NCBI GenBank assembly: GCA_951406725.2 | Contig: OX597815.1 | Location: forward strand, 163,804,001-163,868,000 | Length of the DNA: 64,000 nt | Source: Octopus vulgaris | Taxonomy: Eukaryota | Reading direction: 5' to 3' | Shown here: one piece after another, positions 1 to 12,592 of the stretch | Numbering within the stretch: position 1 is the first letter of the stretch | How the letters are laid out: each line of letters starts with the position of its first letter | Position numbers and translations under genes: made by a program | Notes under the pieces: model-generated | Databases searched by the model: none | What the model saw: only the letters and a program-made list of their open reading frames with translations | What the model was told of the DNA's origin: nothing

Positions 1-1179
1 CCATCAACTTCTATGATTAATGTTTATAACATGTGTTGTTTCAGATTTTTAAAAATATATTCAAGACATTTATAAATATCAGACAATACTCTGTGGAAAA
101 CAAAAGTTATCAAACGTCCTTCCCGAGCGATAGACCCATAATGCAGGTTTCTCGGTTCTTGTGGTGTTTACATTCCTCATCTCTGTCACGGGATTACTCT
201 TTTTACCATTTCAGTGGACAAGAGCAACTTCACGAAGTGTTTTCCTCAGGTACACAAATCATCACCAGGTCAAGGAATCGAAACCACAAACTTACGATCA
301 TATTTTTTACACGCAATTTTTCTTTATTCTACATTCCACCCTTCATTTTTCCCTGTGCATATATAGACGTGTATATTGTATCTTTTGTGCGCACGTGTGA
401 ATGTGTGCGTGTGTGAGGGTATGTGCGTATATAGATGTGTGCGTACGTGCGTGCATGCGAGTACGTGCGTATATAGACATATTTTACCCAGTGTTTTTTC
501 ACATTTTCCCTTATTTTTGCCCTTAGCCCTGTTTTTTCTTGTGTATGCGCGCATATAGACGTATGTATGATTTTTTGTGCGTGCGTGTGTGTGTGCGTAT
601 TTAGACGTGTGCGGGTAGGTGCGTATATAGGCGTGTGCGCGCGCGTGCATAAGGGTATGTGCGTATATAGACGTGGTTTTCTCTTTGCATACTCCCTTGT
701 GCCTTTTTTCTGTATTGTTAACCTTAACCCTGTTTTTTGTTGTGCTTGCGCATATATAGATGTGTCTATGAACCTTTATGGTGCGCGTGCGTGTGTGTGG
801 ATTTGTATGTATATACATATACATTTGGCGAAGGATGAGAGTGAGGGTGGATGAATGTATACTCTTAGGTGCCCACACGTGGGTGTGCGGGCGCACATGT
901 GTAGGTATGAATAGGCACGCTTACGCGAATACTACTATGAGCTTTTTTACCCCCTTATTTTACTCCCTCTCCTTACTTAGCGGTCATTCGAATAGTTCTT
1001 TTGTCTTAATAACGGTCAATCACACAGTAATTTCCCTTTGTATAACGGTCATTTTTCATAGCATTTATCCGATGGCCGAATAACTGAAGAGATGGCTGCG
1101 TGGATTTCCACCTCGGAGTTTTATCATGGCTACCGGATAATTGTCACATATTACATTTATATATATATATATATATATA

Positions 1180-1999
1180 TAAGGTCTGATCGATAAGTAT
1201 CCGGACTGTTGCCATACTAACGAAGTTAATGCACGCAGAGAAAAGCTGCTTCGTACAGATTGACCTTGAACGCTGTTGTGCATGCGCACCACGTTTTAAC
1301 GTTCTACCTCACTCCTGCTGTTAACAGAAGTGCTTGGAAGGAAGGTATGTGGTGTGTAATCGTCGCATTGACCATGGCAAAGAATGTTGATAAGTTAATA
1401 CCTGCTCAGAGGCCTACGAAAAGTTGCAGAAAGTGTATGGAGAGGAGTGTTTGGGACGCATATAAGTGTACGAGTGGTTCAGACGTTTCGAAGCTGGCCA
1501 AAAAAATGCCGATATTGATGAGCGTTCTGGAAGACCCGCAAGCAGTAGAACTGAGAAAAACATCACAGATGTGCGTGCATCTGTGATGGGATATCGGTGA
1601 ATCCCCATCCGTGAGTTATCAGAGGATGTACAGATTAGTTACGATTCAGTTCAGTCCATTATCACTGAAGATTTGGGCATTATGCGTGTCTGTCTGCTAA
1701 GTTTGTACCAAAACTTTCAGCTGACCAAAAGTCACTCGGGTTTCAGTTGCACATGATCCCCTTGAGTATTTCGAGAACGATGAAAGCTTTTCAGAAACTT
1801 TGCTTCGGCCTCTGAGCAGGTATCGCCGAGCTTTTGGCAAAATATGATGCGGAATCCCTGCTCAATTTTGTCATGGTCATTGCAAGGATCACACGCTACA
1901 CAAGTTACATCCAAGCCCTGCTGTAAACAGCGAAACTAAGCTGGAACATTAAAACTTACTGCGCATGCACGGCAGAGTTCAAGGTCAATTTGTACCAAG
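1180..1999 (+). mobile_element. Mariner-family non-autonomous fold-back element made of two inverted left arms
   Basis: Mariner-type terminus AAGGTCTGATCGATAAGTATCCGGACT follows a TA tract. 1254-1289 (tacagattgaccttgaacgctgttgtgcatgcgca) is an inverted match to 1960-1996. N-terminal transposase remnants occur on both strands. The right end is truncated by a microsatellite. Confidence 0.85.
1400..1730 (+). pseudogene. Mariner transposase N-terminal (HTH) remnant with stops and a frameshift
   Basis: Manual translation: TCSEAYEKLQKVYGEECLGRI*VYEWFRRFEAGQKNADIDERSGRP...IRELSEDVQISYDSVQSIITEDLG..(fs)SAKFVPKL. It shows the mariner W(F)xRF, RSGRP and WVP-like motifs. Confidence 0.9.
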
Positions 2000-2022
2000 T
2001 ATATATATGTATGTATGTGTGC

Positions 2023-2058
<36 letters not shown>

Positions 2059-2061
<3 letters not shown>

Positions 2062-2250
2062 TCGCCATGATAGATCGTTAGCCACTACAGACATTTTTTT
2101 CTCTCTTTGTTTTTTCTGTGTCCCTTTCTGTAGAAGAGCGTAGGCTCGAAGCGTAAAAGACTTTTTCTATTCCTGCGCGTTATACTAATACATCTGTTTG
2201 TTTTGTACACCACCCGTCTTCGTCTTTTGTTTTTTTTCGTAAACTCTCCA
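2059..2250 (+). mobile_element. Short Penelope-pLTR-like element with a degenerate hammerhead, inserted in (TA)n
   Basis: cttt-CTGTAGA-A-GAGC-gtag-GCTC-GAAG-CG-TA-aaag at 2124-2159. Homologous to 57775-57990. TA tracts on both sides. Confidence 0.6.
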
Positions 2251-2875
2251 TATATATTTATATATATATATTTTTTTTTCACTGTCCTATTTGCGTTACC
2301 TATTTTGACCCTCTCCACATAATTCCAAATTTTATTTTATTTGCTTTGCAGAAGCAACTGTTTTATCGAAAGTCTATACTGTTGTTAAATGCTCCAAATA
2401 CGAGACTAGAAAAACAGCAAACAACTGATGAAGGGTCGTTCTTTATGTTTGTTTTGTTTTCCATTTGTGTCTTTCTTTGTACGAAAGAATAGTTCATGTT
2501 CCATGCACTCATGCTTCGTACTTTTTTTGTTGTACGCGTTTCATGACGTCCTGTGCCCTCATATGCATATCGTCTGTTTTTCCGTCCTTATTTTCGTATA
2601 CATTCGATGCTTTCTTCCAAGGAATCTTATTGCGAGTATGATCCGGTTCTTGACTGAGGATAAAAATCTTCGAATGACCAGTCCTTGTTTTTTTTTGTAT
2701 CATCTATCCGGATGGTTTGTTGTCCCTTTTTGTATCACCTAGTTGTCCGGATGTTTTGCGTTCTTGTCACATTTTGTATTATATATATATATGTATATAT
2801 ATACGTATAGATGTATGTACATATACGTGTGTATATATGCACATATATATATATATTATTTATATTATCATTATG

Positions 2876-2941
<66 letters not shown>

Positions 2942-3492
2942 CACACATACAGACATACAATCACACATACGCATAAACGTATATGTATATATATATATGC
3001 AATTATATAATTGATATCTAAACTATCAGTTATATTATTATAGTAAACAGACGAGATGTCAGAAACTGAAAGTAACTTAATGTGACCGCCACGTGATATC
3101 AACAGACCCATTTGTGTGAAAGTGAAACAAGAAATATAACCTTAAAACTATAACAGCTGGTCATTAACTAAATTTCAAAGATCTTCAGTGACTTGGTCGC
3201 AGGTGTGCGATGAAACTTGTAACACTTCAAGAAGCAAATAAAACGCGCATTCACCAGCAGTTGTCTGCTAGCCAATGATTAAAATGTCATTTTGACGATG
3301 AAATTGCTTCAGCTTCAACACATGGTCTCCGAGATAATGTCACTTTACAAGTACAACACACGTACAAACATACATACATAAATACTTACATACAGCAACG
3401 AAGAAACTAAATTCTCGTATACGAGAAAAATCCGACGACAATGACGCCGATATATATATATATATATAAATTAAATTAGAGATAAAACCATC

Positions 3493-3524
<32 letters not shown>

Positions 3525-3763
3525 TGTATGTATGTATGTATGTATGTATGTATATGTGTGTATGTGTGTGTATGTATGTATGTATGTATGTATGTATGTA
3601 TGTATGTATGTATATGTGTGTATGTGTGTGTGTGTACGTATGTATGTATGTGTATGTATGTATGTATGTATATGTGTATGTTTACTGAAAGTGAGAGGCA
3701 ATTATGCGGATAAACAAATTAGATATATGAAATATATTAAATATAATAGATTGGGTATGAAAT

Positions 3764-3810
<47 letters not shown>

Positions 3811-3811
3811 T

Positions 3812-4041
3812 ATTTCTTTACTACCCACAAGGGGCTAAACACAGAGGGGACAAACAAGGACAGACAAACGGATTAAGTCGATTACATCGATCCCAGTGCG
3901 TAACTGGTACTTAATTTATCGACCCCGAAAGGATGAAAGGCAAAGTCGACCTCAACGGAATTTGAACTCAGAACGTAACGGCAGACGAAATACGGCTACG
4001 CATTTCGCCCGGCGTGCTAACGTTTCTGCCAGCTCGCCGCC
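3812..4041 (-). mobile_element. SINE family A (tRNA-derived head, MetaSINE-like central domain, LINE-derived tail), full length
   Basis: Minus strand reads GGCGGCGAGCTGGCAGAAACGTTAG (A box)...GAGTTCAAATTCC (B box)...GTCGACTTTGCCTTTCATCCTTTCGGGGTCGATAAATTAAGTACCAG...CCCCTTGTGGGTAGTAAAGAAAT. Dozens of copies in the window. Confidence 0.9.
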
Positions 4042-4189
4042 TTTCTTACATATATATGTGTGCGTGTGTGTATGTGTATGTATGTATGTATGTATGTATG
4101 TATGTATGTATGTATGTATGTATGTATGTATGTATGTATGTATGTATGTATGTATGTTTGTATTCATTCATTCAAAACGATAGAAAGCA

Positions 4190-4655
4190 AAAGGTGGAGA
4201 CGTTTTGAAGTATAAATATATAGATATTTAATATAAATACATTCAACTTACACGGAGTACAAACGACAGAGAAAATTAAAGGTTGAAAGAAAACTGTTAT
4301 AAGTCCAACGTCTGTTTCTGGGGGCTCGGAGATCGATAATAATATTGGTAGATGTAGTTTATCACAATATGCGGCCGTATGGATGCAATTAACATTGGAT
4401 AAGATGAGCCTCTGTCATCGGGATAGAGAAGGTCTTACATTTCAGATCTCCATGCAGAGAAGTCCAAAGATGGAATGATTAAATGTGGAGAGCTAGCAGT
4501 ATCAGAGGGAGAAGGAAGAAGGTCGGTGCGTTTATGGCGGGTTTTAAGACAGGGAATCGTGGAAAGGGAAAAGATAGTTCAGCTAGAGTGAGGGGTTAAT
4601 AATGAGGTTACTAAGGGAGGTAGTAATCTGCCATTTGCAAGAAAGCTCTGGAAGA
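4190..4655 (-). mobile_element. Possible Penelope-like LTR fragment with a variant hammerhead-like motif
   Basis: Minus strand tcc-CGATGA-cagaGGCTC...GAGCCccca-GAAA-CagacG-TT-gga (4304-4423). Confidence 0.35.
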
Positions 4656-4950
4656 GAACCTATCGATCTGTTTTGTCGAACCGCTAAGTTACAGGGGGCA
4701 TAAACACACCAACATCAGTTGTCATGTGGTGGTGGAGTTTCAAACACAGATACACAAATACATATATGTGTGTGTGTGTGTGTATGTAAGACGTGCTTCT
4801 TTCAGTTTCCGTCTACCGAATCCACTCACAAGGCTTTGGTCTGCCAGAGTCTATAGTAGAAGACACTTGCCCAAGGTGCCCCGCAGTGGGACTGAACCCG
4901 GAACCAAGTGGTTAGGAAGCAAACTTTCTACCACACAGCTACGCCTGTGC
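4655..4950 (-). mobile_element. SINE family B (tRNA-derived head, internal microsatellite), partial
   Basis: Head GGCGTAGCTGTGTGGTAGAAAG...GGGTTCAGTCCCACTGCGGGGCACCTTGGGCAAGTGTCTTCT. Homologous to the full copy at 51143-51540. Confidence 0.85.
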
Positions 4951-5871
4951 TTACAAACATATTTCTGCATATAGCAAACAATCCAGATAACCAAAACCTC
5001 AAGCTCTGTATCAAATTTAACAATAGGTCTCCGCAATATTTTTAGCGATGTGCATGAATTCTGCAACCGAAGAAAAGTTAACTAAATCCCATAGAAATAC
5101 ACGTTTACACAAGACACTTAAAAATTACTTTCCTTAGATAGTTTGTTAACTTTGTAGAATAATTTTCCTTTGATGCAACTTGGAGTTACAACAAAGGAGA
5201 TAATATCCTTGTGCCATATAAATTTTTTTCTAATTTGCTTATGTAGACATCTATGCTTAATATAATGAACATATGAATTACCTACCATGTTAGCTGTGTG
5301 AAGTAGTATAAATGCAGCCTAGAATTACATTATCAAAAGAAGAAATCTGTTAGTAGGACACCGTTATTAATGTCTACAGGACATTCACGTATATATCACT
5401 TTGTGCTGCAGTTTATAAGCTGTTGTATTTACGATGCTCTATAATTAGAAGCAGAGCTTCTAATCTAGGTTGTTTGTTGATTATACTGTATTTAGATTCT
5501 TTTAATTTCGTCCTCTTTTACTGGTTTCATTGAAGTGATTGCTGTCGCTTAGCCCCAAGTTAATCCTGATAGAACAAACATATGGTTCAAAGATATTCCA
5601 CTCTGACAATTTTTCTCATATCCGAGACTACTAAGTACTGTCTGCTATATCCAGCTTGATACAGAACGAGAGAGTTTTATTTGCGGATATACTCAAGAAA
5701 GGATTTACAAAGGCCTGCGTATTTGAAGAAGGAAGTTCTTCAGGTTTCAAGTAGATGGCATAATCTCGATCACCTCTCCTCTCATTAACCCCCTTTACCT
5801 CTTTAAATGAGCCTCTTATTCTCTCCCTTTTTGTCTGTCTCGCTCTTTTTATCTCTCAGTGTATGTGTATA

Positions 5872-5938
<67 letters not shown>

Positions 5939-6624
5939 CATGCTTCATGATACGATGAGGAAAATAACGATTAAAGAGGGACTGGGAAATGAGGAAAAAG
6001 TAGAAAGTTTAACGTTACACAAACGTATTTCAGTGTATCCTCCTCATTCAACTATATGCGTTCCTACTTCTTGCTAATGCTATCTGCATTCAGCGTCTTA
6101 AATTTCGCCATTCTCTTCCTTCGTGACAGATAGTAGTGTGTGATTTGAGGGAGATTCTTCAAAAGCCCTTGATGTTAGGTACCTGGCGAATTTGTGCTGG
6201 AAGCAAGCAGTCACAAGTTTGCATATTAGGCCAATCCGAAATTATCTTAACACCGTTCACTTTATAACTGGGGAGGGGAAAATATTAGGCGGTATTTCTT
6301 GTGTCCGAATAGCCCTTTTAAAAAGAGCATTGCCCTTCACAATTACTAGGAATTTACGATAAAAGGTATTCTTCACATTGCCTGTCCAACAAGCTGGTCC
6401 TTCGTGAGAACCGGCTACACTTGGAAGATCTCACGAGAAAACGATACCCGGCTACATTCGATTTAAATATACTTTAAAACTTGTATTGAGTACTTACTCG
6501 TTCGTGCTTTCCAAAGTATGTATACACATGTATGTATATTTGAGTGTTTGTATTGCGTGTAAGCATGCGCGTATGCGTACGTGTGTGTATGCATGTGTAA
6601 GTGCATATCTATGTATGTATGTAT

Positions 6625-6970
6625 CTTATCTTATACGTGTTTCAGTCATTAGACTGTGACTAGGCGGGGGTACTGCCTGAAGAATTTTTAGCAGAACGAA
6701 GCGACTCCAGTACTACAGTACACTAAGTTGCTGGGATGTAAACGAAGCAATAACGGTTGTGAAAACACACACACACACAGATATATATATATATATATAT
6801 ATAAACATACATACACAATGGGCTTCTTTCAATTTCCGTCTTCCAAATCCTCTCACAAGGTTTTTGCCGGCCTGAGGCTATAGAAGAGGACACTTGCCTA
6901 ATGTGCCACACAGTGAGACTGAACCCGGAGTTATGCTGTTGGAAAGCAACCTTTTAACCACACAGTCATG
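6625..6970 (-). mobile_element. SINE family B copy
   Basis: Same head, body and tail motifs as 51143-51540. Confidence 0.8.
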
Positions 6971-7315
6971 TATATAAATATTCATTGTTACTATTTTATA
7001 TACTCATGTGCGATAAATTATTTCCTAAAATTAGTTCAGATCATTAGAGCCAAAGACACAAGCTAAGTAACATTTCCGCATACACTCCTCCCTCAGTAAT
7101 GACATTGATCAAAGGCAGCTTAACTTCTATTACGGAACGGTATATTTGTTTCATTCTCGAATTGCAATCCCTCAACGTGTGATTAACACCGATACACGTT
7201 GAACTTGAAAGGCGTTAGTTATTCTGGTCATCGAACATCAAAATTGTAATCTTTTAACTGAATTATATACTGTGTTCTAAATGAGTATTAAATTTTAAAA
7301 AGCATTTAATGAATA

Positions 7316-7690
7316 TTAACCTCCGCCTTCGTTAAGGCGAAGGTATTGTTTTGTCGTGTTTGTTCTGTCCGTGGACAAGATATCTCACGAACCGCTGGAT
7401 AAATTCGAATGAAACTTTCAGGGATGTTTGGCCTCGTGACTGGCACGAGCTGATTAGAATCTGGGATCGATCCGGTGCCGGACAAAGATTCTGGATTATT
7501 TTTCCCGTTTCTTTTTTTATTTTTTACTTAATTTTTGAGAGCGGTCGGGTTCATTTTTAGTATTCTTGCTTGTGAGGGCAGTCGAGTTTATTTCTGATAT
7601 TCTCATTTTAAAAAATCATCTCTGGCTAATTGTTGAGAAGACGTTGGTGTTGCTTTGGCGGAGTTTTACGCTCTCTGAGTGCTACTGTTT
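7316..7690 (+). mobile_element. Non-autonomous Helentron/DINE-1-like element
   Basis: Subterminal inverted repeats (CTCCGCC ~7321-7327 / GGCGGAG 7657-7663), a 5' hairpin CCTTCG..CGAAGG, an internal (GTTT/GTCC)-type patch and ...GAAACTT motif, and a 3' stem-loop CGCTC-tct-GAGTG followed by a T-rich end. Confidence 0.7.
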
Positions 7691-8854
7691 ATAATGAATT
7701 GGAAATCGTGCAGGATTTGTATGATAAAAAAGAAAAAATATACTATATCTAGGTAGGCATTGCCTACTTTGCATACCAGTGGTACATCCCTAGTTTGTTT
7801 ATGTATGTATGTATGTATGTATGTATGTATGTATGTATGAATGTATGTATGCATGTATGCAAGTATGTATGTATGCATGTATGTATGCATGTATGCATGT
7901 ATGTATGTATGTATGTATGTATGTATGTATGTATGTATGTATGCATGTATGCATGTATGCATGCATGTATGTATGTATGCATGTATGTATGTATGCATCT
8001 ATATATATATGCATCTATGTATGTATGTATGTATGCATGTATGTATGTATGGCATTATTCCGTTTTACTTCAAGATTTCTTACCAATAAAGAGCCGGCTT
8101 CTAACCTTGAATGATAAAATTCTGGAAAGTTCTACAAATTTATATGTATGTTTGTATATATGTATATATGTATTCGTATGTGTGCATGTATATGTATAAA
8201 TATTTGTGTGTGACAGTGTGTGTGTGTGTACGTATGTATGTGTGTATGGATGGATGGATGGATGGATGGATGGATGGATGGATGGATGGATATGTGTGTG
8301 TGTGAATAGAACCGATTGGACAAGGGAAGTGAAAGAACAGATGTTTATTCCATACGTTTACAGTTGTTTCATAATCTTGTTAGTCATATAATAAGCATCA
8401 CATCATCATTCACACATATATTAAATATACATGTGAATATATATATATATGCCTGTGTATACTTACATATACAAGAATGCTGAGAAGTATAACCAACAGA
8501 CTAATATCAGAATCATTCATGGTTGTCCTAAAAATCAAATCATTCACCCATGTCGTTTCTTCATCCGTTTTCCCATAATATTGCGGATTAGACGAATATA
8601 TTATTGAGAGGCATTGTTTTACAATCGAGTGCCTTTTATATCACAAACCCTTACACTTTATCAAGGAATAGATATCTTTCTTCACACTCCTTCGGAAGTG
8701 CAAAGCGGAGGATTATAACAGGAACGTCAAGACAGTCGGACAATTTTGTGTGAAGTATAAATGTATACAGACACATTCAAACACACGCCTATACATGCAT
8801 ACATATACATACATATACATACATGTGTACATCCATCTATCTATCTATTTATCC

Positions 8855-8969
<115 letters not shown>

Positions 8970-9005
8970 TGCTTCCGAAGTGTCTTGACAGCAGATTTGG
9001 TGGCC

Positions 9006-9068
<63 letters not shown>

Positions 9069-9552
9069 CGTGTGTGCGTGTGTGTGCGCGCGCGTGTTTC
9101 TTTATGTGCTTGTCCCACACATCCGCTTGACAACCAGTACTGATTTGTATACGTCCTGGTAGAATAGCGGTTCGACAAACATGAACGATATACTAAATAC
9201 CATGCTTTAAAAAAGAATAAAAACTGGGGGTGGGGGTCGATTCATTCGACTAAAAAAAAATTTCAAGGCGATGCCCCAGCATGGCCGCAGTCTAATCACT
9301 GAAACAAGTAAAACACAAAATATAGCATAATACAACTCTACCCACCGGAAACACTACGCATTGTTTGGTGATGTTACATCACATTTGCGTAATTCACTGG
9401 TAGATTCTACGTCTGATGATTGAATTACACAAATATTACGTAGCATCCCCACACGATATCTAACGTATCCTGCCAATTGTATTGTATTTTCATACTGGTT
9501 GTTGCTTGCACCTATCTGTTATTTATATATATACAAAGATGTAGTTATGTAT

Positions 9553-9636
<84 letters not shown>

Positions 9637-9640
<4 letters not shown>

Positions 9641-9938
9641 GCACAATGGCCCAGTGGTTAGGGCAGCGTATTTGCGGTCAGAGGATCGCGGTTTCGATTC
9701 CCAGACCGGGCGTTGTGAGTGTTTATTGAGCGAAAACACCTAAAAGCTTCTCGAGGCTCCGGCAGGGAATGGTGGCGATCCCTGCTGTACTCTTTCGCCA
9801 CAACTTTCTCTCACTCTTTCTTCTGTTCGCCTACTCGCTTAGCCAGCGGGGTAGCGTCATTTGAAGGCTAAAACAATGCGAAGCGCATTGTGACCAGCGA
9901 TGTGTAGCAGCGTCTGATAGCCTGGTGGGTCACGGTGA
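9637..9938 (+). mobile_element. SINE family C (tRNA-derived)
   Basis: GAGGCACAATGGCCCAGTGGTTAGGGCAGCG (A box)...GGTTTCGATTCCC (B box). A second copy lies at 21625-21820 (-). Confidence 0.85.
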
Positions 9939-9996
9939 TATATATATATATAGGATTCCCACTTCCCAAACGGAAGTATTATATATCTCGGCTTCA

Positions 9997-10056
9997 GAGT
10001 CTGACGAGTTGTCCATTGGGCTAGGCCCTTTCTGGACGCGAAAACATTGGTCATTC
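9997..10056 (+). ncRNA. Type I hammerhead ribozyme motif, near-intact, inside a ~120-bp insert in (TA)n
   Basis: Stem I gagt/attc; CTGACGA 10001-10007; branched stem II 10008-10039; GAAA 10040-10043; GTC triplet 10050-10052. One extra or mismatched A at 10044. Confidence 0.65.
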
Positions 10057-10097
10057 GTACATAGAGTTAACTGCATATATATATATATTCTTTTATC

Positions 10098-10642
10098 TTT
10101 TTACTTGTTTCAGTCACTTGACTTTGGCCATGTTTGTAGCACCGTCTTTTAGTCGAAGAAATCGACCCCTGAACTTGTTCTTTGTAAGCTTGGTGCTTAT
10201 TGTATCGATTACTTCTGCCAAACCGCTAAGTTACGGGGATGTAAAAACACCAACATCGTTGGTCAAGCGGCGGGGGGAAGACAAACACCGACACGAACGC
10301 ACACAAATAGATATATACGTACATACATACATACATACATATATACATATACGATGGGCTTCTTTCAGCTTCCGTCTGCCAAATCCACTCAAAAGGCTTT
10401 GGTCGGCCCAAGGTGTCACGCAGTCGGACTGAACCCAGAACCATGTGACTGGGAAGCAAGCTTCTTACCACACAGCCACGCCTTATTCTCTTACTTGTTT
10501 CTATTGTTTGACTGTGGCCATGCTGGAGCTCCGCCTTGAATGACTTTTAAGCCTAGTACTTACTCTATCCGTCACTTTTGCGAACCACTAAGTTACGGGG
10601 ACGTGATCATGCCATCGCTGGTTGTCGAGCGGTGATAGTGAC

Positions 10643-10695
<53 letters not shown>

Positions 10696-11060
10696 CACCC
10701 ACAAAGCTTTGGACGGCCCGAAGTTATAGGAGCAGATACTCGACTAAGTTGCCATGCAGTGGGAATTAACCCAGAACCATGTGTTTGGAAAGCAAGCTTC
10801 TTATTTCTTTATTGCTCACAAAGGGCTAAACATGGAGGGGACAAACAAGGACAGACAAAGGGTTTAAAGACGAGTACATCGATCCAAGTGCGTAACTGGT
10901 AATTAATTTATCGACTCTGAAGGTCTGAAAGGCAAAGTCGACCTCGGCAGAATTTGAACTTAGAACGTAGCGGCAGACGAAATACTGCTAAGCATTTCAC
11001 CCGGCGTGCTAACGTTTCTGCCAGCTCGCCGCCTTACCACCCAGCTACGCCTGCGCCTAT
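10098..11060 (-). mobile_element. Two SINE B copies; the second is interrupted in its head by a full SINE A (10803-11033)
   Basis: SINE B head ...aagcaagcttctt|accac... is split by a SINE A with head and tail intact. Confidence 0.85.
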
Positions 11061-11441
11061 GATGCTTACACACATACACTCACACAAAGACACACACACA
11101 CACACACACATATGTATATGTTGTGTAATGCTTATATCTATGTATTTGTATGTGTGTACCTATATTTATGTATAAGTTTGTGCATGTGCCTACATGTGTA
11201 CCTGTATGTATGTTTTTATATTATATATGTATGCACGCATTGTAATAAAGGAAATGCATGTACTTAACGTCGACGCATCATGTTATGGTAGTAATGTCAC
11301 ATTTGAAACTCGCACCAACGCTAAACATAAGCGAGAGTTCGACCTGCAAGAAATCTCTACGAAATCGCCCATCTATCACACCCTGCCAGTGCGCCTTATA
11401 GATGACACGCTGCATAATGCAGTGCGTGGTACACTATTGCA

Positions 11442-11669
11442 GGCAAGCTGGCAGAAACGTTAGCATGCCGGGCGAAATGCGTAACCGTATTTCGTCCTCC
11501 GCTATGTTCTGAGTTCAAATTCCGCCGAGGTCGACTCTGCCTTTCATCCTTTCGGGGTCGATAAATTAAGTACCAGTTACGCACTGGGGTCGATGTAATC
11601 GACTTAATCCGTTTGTCTGTCCTTGTTTGTCCCCTCTGTGTTCAGCCCCTTCTGGGTAATAAAGAAATA
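11442..11669 (+). mobile_element. SINE A with a 15-bp target-site duplication
   Basis: TSD GGTACACTATTGCAG at 11428-11442 and 11670-11684. Confidence 0.92.
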
Positions 11670-11799
11670 GGTACACTATTGCAGAAGAAAACACAAATAA
11701 AGATTAGATGAAAAGGGCTTCAGCTGAGTTGATCACAGATGTCTTCGCGGTCAGAACTGTCCCAGAATTATACAATATCAAAAAAGTAGTAATAATAAT

Positions 11800-11869
<70 letters not shown>

Positions 11870-11870
<1 letters not shown>

Positions 11871-12200
11871 TAGACCTGTGAGTCGGAGAGAAGGAACTGG
11901 AGAGGGCACTTGCTCCTAGGGTTTCAGTGAAATCTCGGATAATAGGGTTCCTTGATTATCCCAATCGTGTTCCAGTATAAGGAGGGCCACAGCTCTATCA
12001 TCCCCTACCACTCGTTTGATCTTTCTTTTTAACCTTTGTATGCTATGCATATGTCTCGTCTTTTCCAGTGTATACCGTGCACACATTTTTTTTTATTTTT
12101 GTCATTTCATTATTATATGTAACCCCCCCCCCCCCCCACATTATATCTGTCTCTGTATTGTCCCCCTCATCCTTCACCCTTGTGGCAAATAAATGAAATT
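11870..12200 (+). mobile_element. LINE 3' end (3'UTR), same family as 61740-62195
   Basis: Aligns by eye to 61925-62005 and ends CCCTTGTGGCAAATAAATGAAAT. Confidence 0.6.
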
Positions 12201-12210
12201 ATTATCATTC

Positions 12211-12542
12211 TGCGAGCCGGCAGAATCGTTAGCACGCCGGGCGAAATGCTTAGCAGTATTTCGTCTGCCGCTACGTTCTGAGTTCAAATTCCGCCGAGGT
12301 CGACTTTGCTTTTCATCCTTACACACTAGCGTCGATGTAATCGACTTAATCCGTTTATCTGTCCTTGTTTGTCCTCTCTGTGTTTAGCCCCTTGTGGGTA
12401 GTAAAGAAATAGGTATTTCGTCTGCCGTTAGGTTCTGAGTTCAAATTCCGAGGTCGACTTTGTTTTTCATTCTTTCGAGGTCGATTAAATAAGTAGTCCT
12501 TGTTTGTTCCCTCTTTAGCCCTTGTAAGCAATAAAGAAATAA

Positions 12543-12592
<50 letters not shown>

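Noticed and set aside
120-190. Hammerhead-like motif on the minus strand (GAGATGA...GAAACCTG..TGGGTC)
   Set aside because: Two core mismatches and no convincing stem II.
1084-1145. CTGAAGA plus partial stem II
   Set aside because: GAAA is replaced by GGAG and stems I/III cannot be resolved.
2425-2685. CTGATGA (2425) and CTGAGGA...GAAT..GTC (2653) motifs
   Set aside because: No complete core with paired stems; at most decayed PLE remnants.
3896-4183. Recurrent peptide MRNWYLIYRPRKDERQSRPRRNLNSE in many ORFs
   Set aside because: Antisense translation of SINE A, not a gene family.
9637-9710. tRNA gene
   Set aside because: The tRNA-like head continues into a SINE body and occurs in multiple diverged copies; the same applies to the heads of SINEs A, B and D.
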